A stretch of 64,000 bases of DNA from Kudoa neothunni (lineage: Eukaryota; Animalia; Cnidaria). Each line of letters opens with the position of its first letter. Position 1 is the stretch's first letter. The position numbers were made by a program, and so were the translations under genes. Under the pieces are notes generated by a model, which was given only the letters and a program-made list of their open reading frames with translations, did not search any database and was not told where the DNA came from. Positions 53,401 to 64,000 of this stretch are shown here, one piece after another. The stretch spans positions 7,477,168-7,541,167 of the forward strand of contig OZ199840.1 of NCBI GenBank assembly GCA_964304625.1, in the 5' to 3' direction.

Positions 53401-56400
53401 TTGTTTCGATCGAGGAAAGCTCCTCAGTGTGCCCGAAAATGTCCCCTTTCGGCTCACTCGTAATTTCGTTAAAGCTTTTGGCACCTTTGGATACCAGGTA
53501 ACCCTCGATTACTTGCTTATATTTCTGTCACTTATATTTGGCGACAAGGAAACAGATTTTTAATCAGACTTCTTAGGGTAATTACACTAAAATAAGTAGC
53601 TTATTTCTGGAATTTTCTTGTAAACACAACTTTATGGTTGAATGTTACCTCTTCAATTGTTATTACGGGGATTGTTCTGAGTGGTCATACAATCAGAGAC
53701 TTTGCACCTTCAAATCGATGGTGCATACTATAAATACAAATGACCAATGTTTACCTTGTCCAGATGTGTCTACTACGGGTGTTATTAGCAGCTCCATTTT
53801 ACAGCTTAACCAGATTCTTTTTGTTACTCAAGTGATCAATTCGCTTACGGAGATGTTCAAAATGCATAATTTTTGGATCGAGAACAATATCACATATCGA
53901 CAACATTACGAGGTAGCTTCTAAAACTAAAACCAATAGTGTGCCCCGTTCATCCAGCTGCAGTAACAACCGTTCCACATCACCTGCTCCCATCACCAACA
54001 ATCTCACGGCCAAAGAAAGAGTATTTGTCCGATTTGAAGAAGTCTTGGAGTGTTTTGTCACCAACCATCTTAAAAATACCATGTCTTCCAGCGATATGGT
54101 TGTCATGGTAGTTATCCAACTAGTTTATCAATCTGATCTACTGTTTTAGAATGTTGTTTGGGTATTGTTGAGCGTTGCTGACCCCACGTTGGATAATACA
54201 TTGGTTGGATTTAACAAACTTGATGCTGAAGCATTTATGAACCAATGGTAGGTATTCGATGTTGCCGACAGTATGTTCTAATGTGATATTATGGGTGAGC
54301 AGGAAAGCCGATACAGATATGCACAAATTGTTCAGTCTGTTAGTAACCATTTTCAATGAATACGACAACGAATATAAACAAATGATAAATCTGTTTAATC
54401 ATACCAGTCCTGAGATTTGTTCTAAGCAGTTGGCAGCATTACAGGCCGAGTATATGGATATATCACTGAAACATAGAGCACTGAGTGAGTCTGTGCCATC
54501 TCTACAGAACAAGTATTCAGTACTCACTCTGAAATTGACAACCCTTTATGGTATGATTAGTTGTGTTTGGAGTATGATTCCAAAGCGACTATTATTTGAA
54601 TTTAGAGGGTATGGCTCGTAAAACTTCGATGTTGGTTTGTTGTTGCGCCTTTTTACGGATGTACAAGGAACAGATTGACGCTATTTCGTGTTTTACTGGA
54701 CCAGGGAACAACGCTGAAAATCCCAGTAGTTATTTCCAACTATCTATTCCGCGTATTATTCTCTAATCGTTAAATTTCAATATAGAAAATTTATTCAAAA
54801 ACAATGGTATGATAGATCTCACTGGTTATGGAAGACTGATTGGTTGTGTCAGTATAATATTACGATTTCTAATGAATGTGAGTTTTTTGATTTAATAATA
54901 CTTATTTAGATTATTAATTAGTTCATTAATTTTTTATTCTTATTTAATTGTTCTGTCATCAAATGTTTTATTAATCCTTTTAAAATTATTGATTGTCATT
55001 CTTTCAATCAATTAGCTATTATTTTTAAATTATCAAACGTTTCTATGGCTTTAATTAAAAAATTTTCATGTATTATTTGATTCAATTATTTCGCAGATTA
55101 ATTAAATGAATATTTTTCGTTGTTTCATTGAGTAATAATTTTAATCCTTTAATTGATTGATTGGCTATGCAATTATGTAAATAATGAGTCATTTATTTTG
55201 TACTTTATTATTTTTGTCTTATAATAATTAATTTATGTACTTTTTCCAATCAAATATAATTATAATGATTATTATATTTATTCTATAATTTTAGTGTGTT
55301 GTTGATAAACACGTGTATTTAGAGTGACAGTGAACTGAATGTGGACTCATCGTTGTCATTGTGTGCAAATGTGTTTGGTGAAATAACAAAACTTTTTTCA
55401 CTATATGAAGTGACTAGAATAATTTTGATATAAAATTAACGCTGATAAAGGGATTCTATTACACCCTAAAGACATCGATCCTGCCTTCAATCCAGTATAG
55501 GCAGATTTCAATGTCGAGGGATCTGGCCAAATTTCACAAGAAGTTCAATTCCCTTATAACATCCAATAGCGTTTACAATTCGATTTTGTCGTGGGACGAA
55601 GAAATATTCACTGAGAATATATTTTCGTTAAAAATTGACGACGAATATTACGAAAAAGAAAGCTCAGTTGAAGAGCTTTATCGCGTAGTCTCAAATATTT
55701 ACGATGCAATTTTCTGTAGAATGCATCAACCATGTATGTTGATATGCAGTTGTTTTTATTATTTACTGACCTAATAATTTAAATTAGACCACACCCTCTT
55801 TGAGGCTGTTTTGACGTTGTTCAACTGCATCAATAGTACAGTTGCCATAATACAAGATGCAGATAAATGCATTTTAAATGTAAATAAAATTTATTTTTCT
55901 TCCGACGTCAATTTTATAATTATCCACTTTTTTTTTATCGATGTGCTTATAATCCATATTATAGGGTCTTAGGAAAGTAGTTTTTCTTTTCAAAATAGAA
56001 CAAATCAAATTTTTCTGCAAATTTGCACAAATGAACCAACTCTTTGAATTAAACATAGTCAACTCTGCGAATTATAAACTAGTTGATCATCGCAGATGGA
56101 TGATTGATTCGGATTTTATTGATGGATTTCAACAGATTCTATCTGCCACATTGTGCACCGTGTACTACGACATACTTATCAAAGTAGTTAGCAGCTACTT
56201 GATTGAGTATGTGGCGTCGATATTACTCTCCTATGTGAATATCCCTACCGCTCAAATTGAACGAATAATTCAGTCTGATTTGGAAAAAGTGAAGAGCAAT
56301 TTCAAACCTGTCGACATCAATGATTCGAAAAATAATAAAAAAACAAACCATCTCATGAAGATATCCAACTTAATGTCTCTTTGGTCCCAAATTGATACTC

Positions 56401-57766
56401 TTAAGTGAGGATTATTTTCTATAGTTTTTCGTGCATAACCTAGCGATTGTTTGCCTTTATTGTTATTGGTATTAGAATAGCTGCAATTTAACAGAATAAT
56501 TGCTGTTAGCTGTTTATTGTACTTAACGGAATTCTAATTAATTATTAAAACTTGAAAAATGGTTAATATTATGAATTATCGAATAACTAAAATTTGTTAA
56601 TTGATTTACACATTATTTACGATATAAATGATAGAATAATCGCTAATCTTGAGATTTTTGTTATTTTGATGTCAATCTAATTTTCACTTTTAGAATCTAT
56701 AACATTCAGTTGAGCTCAATAATGAAAGAATGTGACCTGACCAATTATCGAATGTTTAGGTTTATGGTAACTGTCAGTTTTTCCGAGTTGCAGAAATATT
56801 GACATGGTTTTTAGTTTCTCAAACAATTCCTAACTCCGAACGTCAACTACCAAGAAGCAATTTCATATTTTAATAGCAAATGTCACTCCTTATCAGTACA
56901 CTATTGAATTTTTTGACTTAATTCAGCTAATAAAACACATAGTTTTCTGATGGAGGTACAAAGTTATTAAGAGCGGTATTTAAGTTAAAATACAATATTG
57001 AAAACATAAACCTGACTAATGGCAAGGATTCCTCGTTGAGTTATTACAAGATGGTTAACGATCGTAAAAATATGGTATTTTTATTAGAGTCGGTGGCTCA
57101 AATTTGACTTGATTAAATCTTCCTCACATTAAGGAATTAGAGCAATTACGATCTACTACAATTAACCACCTCTCTAAGGTTGGAGAATTCCTCGGAAAAT
57201 TTAAAATTGTTTCTACAAATATTTGTCACACCCCCCTTGACCAGGTCATCACTGGCGCTGAAAAACTAGAAGCCTTCATAAACGATATTGACACTGCTTG
57301 TCAAATAGATGAATCAGACGGTATCCCCCATGTTTACCGCGAAGTACAAGCCTTGATCCGGTCTCATTTGACATTATTGGATGCTGCTGTTAGTTATTTT
57401 TCCAACAGTATGTCCTCGAGCGATTGCTCTGCGGTCGAAATATGTGGTCCTATTCGCGGCGATAAACAACGAAAAGATGCAGGCGATGAGTCTCCTGAAA
57501 GTTCTGAATCTGTAGATGAAATAGCTTCCAAAGTAGGAAAATTGTATGTGCATAATTTGTATGAAGCCACCTGTGTAAACAAGAACAACTTACTCACGAT
57601 TATCAAGAGAGTTCACAACAAATTTGCTGCCGAAAGCATTCGACGTGAGTGTGAACTCAAGGAAACGTCTTTCACCTACGAAAGATATGCAAAGATACTA
57701 AACAAAAATGCACAAAGTGTTACCAATCTATGTAAAATGTACGAAGGTTGGACATCTTGGATTTAA
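44477..57766 (+). CDS. SMG1: Serine/threonine PIKK kinase SMG1, many exons
   Basis: KTKPKQMKFLTSNGQVITYLIKG, YQIIPVGNNCGLIEY and [43 protein letters not shown]. A long post-kinase insertion precedes FATC NLCKMYEGWTSWI* (SMG1-type YEGWTAWV). Assignment of the 44.5-45.6 kb exons to this gene and the start codon are inferred. Confidence 0.9.
46020..47350 (-). mobile_element. Tc1/IS630-like element inside a (probable) SMG1 intron
   Basis: 25-bp TIRs TAGGG(G/T)TTTTCGAGCTTTAACGACA with 1 mismatch, flanked by TA. Motifs FVFIDEAGF, ILDNARIHH and PFFNLNENVFSKWK; frameshifted. Confidence 0.92.
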
Positions 57767-59647
57767 TAAGTTGCAGAATTCATTAATTACCTACTATCAT
57801 TACTTCTGCCTTCATGATGAAGTTATCTTGAAGATTATTGATGGATGTGCTGAATGCAATCTAAATATCATCTTAAAAATTAAAATTTCGTCATTGAAAT
57901 TTTGAATTGTGATTAATTATAGAAAACAGAACTGAAGCTGCAGTCCTATCTAAATCTTTTATCTCGCCTCGAGGTCATGCACGTGTTGCTATTATCTATG
58001 CTACGCTCTGTTCTCGTTTGATTGATCTATTTATGATTTTTTGCGTTGTTTTATTTTGTGTATTTTTTTTACCGTCTGCCAATCTTAATTTAATGTTGTC
58101 AAATCTCATTGTATAAATCATTTTGATGAATTATATCAATGATCGTAAACTTGAAAAATCCTGGCGCAGTAGGAAACTTTGTGGCTGTTACGTGAACGAA
58201 TTGAAAGCATGAGTTTCCTCTATTGTAGATTATTTTTACTGCATAAATTTTTTAAAAATTTTTAGATCTGAATTTTTCTATCCGTTTACGTATAACTTAT
58301 TTTTTTAATAGAGCTATTGAAAAATCCCTAACTTATATTTCAGCATGTTGAGAAGCAAACCTAACTGAAACACCAAACGTTATGATTAACTTTAAGTATG
58401 TGTTCTCCAATTCAAGTCAGGCTTTCATTCTCCACAAAGAATTTAGCCTTCATCGTAACCTATTGAATGGTGTGATGAATTCCATCTACAATTTTGGAGA
58501 CAACTAAAATAACTACGAATAAACAATAAAATCAAGAAAGCATTACTTTTTTCTTGTGCCTTATCGTGGAATTTTAATTAAACTTTATTATTTACATTCA
58601 TTTTTTCTAATTTGTTGTTTTTTTCTAAATTTCAGCTCTAATTACATAATATAAAGTGTTTCATCAAACTTATTTTTATGAAATTTATTTATAGTAACTG
58701 TATGAGACTTTATATTTATATAAGTTCATGTTTTTTTGTTACTAAACTAAAAAATTAGATTATAAATGTATTTTTTGAATAATTCTTTTAGTAATAGGCA
58801 TTCATAAATAAATTAGGAAGAAATAAAAATAATTTTAGCTTTATAGTTTAAAAGTTCGCAGTGAAAATTTTTTTTAATAATGTAAATTATCCTTACACAA
58901 GTTACTATAGACTTTCACACTCAGTTTGGAAACGCTGACGTATAGGGACAGATAGAGTGCGTTTAATAAATATCTGGCTGCAGGCCTTATCGGTTTTGCA
59001 TATGAAACGCATTATCAATTAGTTGAATGTTTTCCTGATGTTAAGCCTCTGTTCAATAATGGGAGCTATGAGTTAGAAGTTTAATTATCATTGAGTTGAT
59101 TTATCAACGATTAAAATATTTCACCGAGGTAGTTTCAAACTAAATGCTGGAATTATATTAGAGGCACTAACATAAATAATTTAACTCCATTAAATCATAC
59201 TTTTTGACGAAATGAGGTTCTCAGTGATAGTTTGTCTAGAACGTAAATGTATGATGGACCAGACTATCATACTATTCAGAAAAATAAGAGGAAGGTTGAA
59301 TGGGACCCCTGAAATGTCCATAATGTTTACGGTTAAGTCTGGTTAGTCATAGTCCCACAATTATATATCCATTTTTAATGAGTTTTGAACTTAAAAACAA
59401 AAAAACGTAGTGGGTTTCTTAAATAGTTTCTGCCAGACATTATTGACTAATCAAGGTTGAGTATCAACTTCCAGAGTGTTTATAGGTGGAGAATAACAAC
59501 TGTTCATGCAAATAATAATAAAATTAATCAACGTACTTAGAAAATTGAATTCTAAGAGTCGATAATCAATATTACCTGACCATTTCATATTACGATTTTT
59601 AGAATCTTTTTCTAATATAAGTATAATCCCAGGGTATCCACCTAAAT

Positions 59648-60220
59648 CAGGGGTCGGGAACCTATAGCTCGTGAGCCAGATGTGGCTCTTTGGATGGCTC
59701 GCAGACAGATTTTCGATTTAAAAAAATGGTTCGGTAAACTTCTTTGCAAATATGCGAAACGTTCAATACGGAAAATCTGTTACCTATTGTATCAAACATT
59801 GCAGCGTGCGAGTATTGCTGTAATGGACAATGTTTTGCACTACGTATGCATGTGAGAAATATTTCTACACCTAAAAGACATAAAAAACAAACTACGGTCA
59901 CGTTTAACGGATTGGAATATCAACGCCTGCATGAAATTTAATCTTACCACGTAGCAACCACATTACAAAGTCATATGCAAAACTATGTAGAACCAGACGT
60001 CGAATTGATGATGAGAAATATTCTTCATTGATTAGCAATAGCGTAACGATTCCATTAAAAAGAATTTAATGACTCTTTTTAATTTAAAGTGTCGGGATTA
60101 TATAAAACGCACACACTTACTTCTATTATTAGTTTTAAAACATGTGTGGCTCTCATGGAATTAACGTCTAAAAAATATGTGGCCTTTGTGGCTCTCACCA
60201 GAAAAATTTCCCGACCCCTG
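59648..60220. mobile_element. hAT (Charlie/Buster-type) MITE, 573 bp, perfect 8-bp TSD
   Basis: Perfect 13-bp TIR CAGGGGTCGGGAA / TTCCCGACCCCTG. TSD ACCTAAAT at 59640-47 and 60221-28 with central TA. Repeated TGTGGCTCT subterminal motifs. Confidence 0.93.
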
Positions 60221-61679
60221 ACCTAAATTAATTTACGAGAGAACATAATGCATGCAACGTTCAAAAACGTTATTTTCTAACGGACTTAAGACCCGTGGAT
60301 GATAGCACCACGTTCGATTACCCATACAATTTTACCTTATATTTACGTCTGTAATTTTAGTTATTTTCTGATATTTATACAAAGCATATTGAAAAAAAGT
60401 TATAAGAAATATTGTATTTTACAAAAATACAAATTTGTTCTCTAGTCGACTTTGTGGTCCGCGAGATCCAAGATATTTGGATTAGATCTAATTGAATTTT
60501 TATGAACATATACCCAAATTAAAAAGTTCTAAACATACAACACTAAGAAGATTACTGATAACTACATTAATTAATCCTTAATACTTGGGGAAGAGGAACT
60601 GAGGGGGTAATTCGTTGTCTGCCGTCAAACCGGGAATCGTGGTATCCTCGTTATTGGTCTGTAAATACATAATATAAACTTAAAAAATAGATTAATTTAT
60701 AAATATATTTTTTTATAAACAAAATTTAAATTCTTGGATTCTTTTTTAATCAAAAAACATTTATTTCGCAAATTTAACGGTTTCACATATCTAATCTTAA
60801 ATATAATTTTTCTAATTGGTCCAAATGTGTTAATTTGTTATGATGATTGCGAGAGGACACCAAGTAGGACAAGATCGAATTATTTAGAATTGGTTGTTTC
60901 AATAATACGGAGATTTTATGAATATTTCAATAGAATTTTTTAATATTTGAAATATAAATTTTTAATAAATATTTAAGTAGATGTGACAAAAAATTCTGGA
61001 ATCCTATAGTTCCCTATGTCCGATGAATAATATTCATATCCAGTCCATTAGAAGGTTAATAATTCTTGAATGTGAATACTAGGATGAGGCACATAAATTA
61101 TATTATCTACGTCAATGATTTTTTGAAGTTTTAAACAAAAAATATCAAATATCCCACAAAATATCTATTTCTTTAGATACCAAGAAAAGTCGGAGTTTAC
61201 TATAAGAGCTGAGTTTGATTCATTGGAAACGACGAAACCTCAGTATGTGTGGATGCTGATACAAAAAAGGTTGATTCATAAATAACCGACTTCAATGCAG
61301 GTAAGCCCCAAGGAACAATCCTCGAAGGGATAGAGTTTGCCATACATCCTCGATAAATGGCATATTTTTAGTTGATTAAGTTAATAGGTATTGTATGAGT
61401 GTATGATCCCATAAGGCTGTTTCTGATTGTGTGATTGCTAGCCACCTTTTAGTGAACCTCTACAAAACCTACGTAAAAATTACATCACATATGATCATAA
61501 ATAGTCATGTTCTCTGATTTTCAAACAAGAATTCACTGGATGCCTAAGCAATGAATTTTAATATTTTATACTAGAATGTGTTCAAACTCCATATGAAAGC
61601 GTAATTTCACTTCTAAAGATATGATGAGAGCTTTTTATTTGTATAAAAGTTTGTTTAGGCAGCGAATTTGAATATTTTA

Positions 61680-64000
61680 TACGAGCTTGTCCTCGAAGCT
61701 CCCAGCGGAGAGTAGTAATTCACTTTGAAAGATTTGGTGAGTGAATTTTTACATCAAAAAATTGGAGGCGATAAAAGTAATCGTAAAATCAAAAAAACGT
61801 ATGTAATGAATCATTAAAAGTTTCGTCAAACTTTAGATAATCTGGAACGGTCCGTTGAAAACTATCATTTAAAAGGAGCTTTTCAATTTTAGATTTTGCA
61901 ATTGGCTCTAATCGTTGTAAACGTTCATCAAATGATGTCGGAAACAAATCCTATATATTTATCAACTTTATGTAAAATTGTGACAACAAACAAACCTTCA
62001 ACTTGAGTGTTAATGGTATTGAATCAATAAGGTGATCGTATTTGGTACATTTGGGTAATACAATAAGAGAAAAATCCAAAATTACCTGCAACAGTCGACT
62101 GTTTGCAATGTCTTGTGGATCTATAGACTCCAAAACGTCTTCAAGAACGAAGAGTAAGAATTGAAAAAGTATTTCTAATTGTTTGCTTGGTTGGCAATCC
62201 AAAAGCGTTTTATACATTGGAACTAGAGCACTAATCATTATTTTCCCGTAGACTTTCAACATGTCATGAAGGCATTTTCGTAGTTTATTTAAGCCCAACT
62301 CAAGTTCGTAAGACATGCTATTCTCGGAGATGTAGGATGCTACTTCACCTTCAGATATGCCTGAAGATTCTTCAGAATAACGTTTCTCAGTTGGGAAAAA
62401 CACTCTCATAAATTCGATGACAATAACCATGGAACTATCAAATATGTCACCAAGACATTCGGCATCAGTAGAATTAAGAGCATTATCAAAATCAGGTATG
62501 GTAACACACTTGGTGAAGTTATTAATTATTTTAAACATTCTGTCGGTTGAGCATTGTTCCATAATTTGTAGAAATATGCCTTTGAGAGAATTGTTCCACT
62601 GCTCTATAGCCATGCTGGCGTTCCCGTAGAGAACAGCACAGTTGAGCAATCGGTATATGCCCTTTGTTATATCAACGTAGCGCCATTCGTCATTGGAATT
62701 GGTCAAAATCTCAACAACAATGTCCAAATATATCTCAACAAATGGGGAGAACTCCTCATTGTAATTTTCCACTAATGCGGAAACTAAAGCACACATTGAA
62801 CGGATGCCACCATCATATTCACCTGGAAAACAGTAGTCGCATCCAAATGGACGCGGAATTATGTAATGGTCTGTGATCATCTCATGAGGTTGGGAAACCG
62901 TTTGTTTGATTGACGAGAGAAATCTCACTAGAGCAGATCCAATCTTTGGAAGTAGTTTTGTGAGACATTTCGTTTTATATTTTGCCAGGTAGGTTAAAAG
63001 TGAAAAAAAACATGGTTGAATTTCAAGGTAATCTGGAGAAAGATGGTGAAATCCGTTGAAGTCATCAATATATGTCACAATCGGTGATACGACATATTCT
63101 AGGTGGTCTGCCGAATAATACGAAGTTATTTCAATGAGGCATTTTATCACATCGTGGACTGAATCCATTGCATTAGTAACGAAAAACAGTTTATCAAACA
63201 TTTTCAAAAATTGAGCGATCATTCCCGGAATATATGGGCTGATCCCTTTGCCCATCAATTTGTATGCGTTTTCAATATTACGGAGAATTGAACGTGTCAT
63301 GTCCCATATGAAATAATCATCGTTGCTGGTAGCGGTGGCTTCCATTATATCCATGAAAATTTGTATTAGGCCATTTGAGCTTATTTCATAATTATCCCAG
63401 GGGCATTTTTTCACGATAGCACCAATAACATATAGTACTTTTCTCTTGACCAGAGGATGGCTTTGTTCTACAGTACTTTCAATAATCAAAGATAATGCCT
63501 CCTTATGAAAGCTGGCAAATTCTTTTTCACGGAAAAGTTCACACAAAACTTTAGCCACTCTAACCGCCGAATACATAATTATAGGGTTGTTATTAGGTAA
63601 AGAAGGAATGATTGTTCCAAATAATTCAAAAGGACCAGACATACTTTGCCCATAGTTTTGGGCGATTATAATCAAGCAATCCAATGCTGTGGCAACATGT
63701 CTCCAATCGGAAGATTTCAACAACTCATCTACTTTCGAAGATAAAAATGGTTGTAACGCATCTTGTCTCAATGAAAAAGCAAGCCTACTAATCAGATATT
63801 CATGACCCGCATCATCTGGCGATAAATATATATCTGAGCACATAGTGTGATCTCTGAACCACCTATCTGGACGATCAGGATATGCTTCTATTACCAAATT
63901 TAATATATTATCAACAATAGGTGGAATGTAGTCTTTGCAATTTTGTTCTATTTCTTTACGATAAGAACAAACAAATTTTTCAAACCACTGATAAATCCTA
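61680..64000 (-). CDS. Divergent importin-beta-3 (IPO5/RanBP6/IPO4-like) HEAT-repeat karyopherin, 5' end outside window
   Basis: ISRLAFSL..LQPFL..LLKSSDWRHVATAL..IAQ, NNNPIIMYSA and EQSHPLVK align to IPO5 HEAT repeats (LDRMACGLG..QNPDWKYRHAGL, DPHPRVRYAA). The frame is open to the window edge. Further small exons follow from 61950 downward; the 3' end is uncertain. Confidence 0.65.

Noticed and set aside
54880-55290. Extremely AT-rich tract as a distinct element
   Set aside because: It lies between GT and AG within SMG1; low-complexity intron with no periodicity.
61205-61250. Hammerhead-like CTGAG..GACGAAACCTCAG
   Set aside because: The CUGANGA core is missing and stems I/II cannot be formed.

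Overview
This is AT-rich eukaryotic (animal-like) genomic DNA, not prokaryotic. It has spliceosomal GT-AG introns of mostly about 40-80 bp and strongly diverged housekeeping genes. Nine protein-coding genes can be reconstructed: Rab GDI (+), NDUFA9 (-), NDUFA5 (-), TTC1 (-), a stand-alone homologue of the POLR1D isoform-2 protein (+), SOAT1/ACAT (-), TFIIIC subunit GTF3C4 (+), the NMD kinase SMG1 (+) and an importin-beta-3/IPO5-like gene (-, running off the window). Intergenic space is packed with decayed DNA transposons (hAT/Buster, mariner, Tc1/IS630-like, Merlin, piggyBac, probable MULE and Helitron relics), MITEs and one tRNA-derived SINE with a perfect 12-bp target-site duplication (TSD). 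Several elements are nested. The style suggests a fast-evolving parasite such as a myxozoan cnidarian that retains complex I; this is inference only. The most intriguing region is the compact 18-23 kb cluster. It holds two complex I subunit genes sharing an identical 11-bp NRF-1-like upstream motif, a 60-bp TTC1-NDUFA5 gap (operon or micro-promoter), and a head-to-head POLR1D-isoform-2-like gene. Family assignments come from remembered motifs, not database searches.
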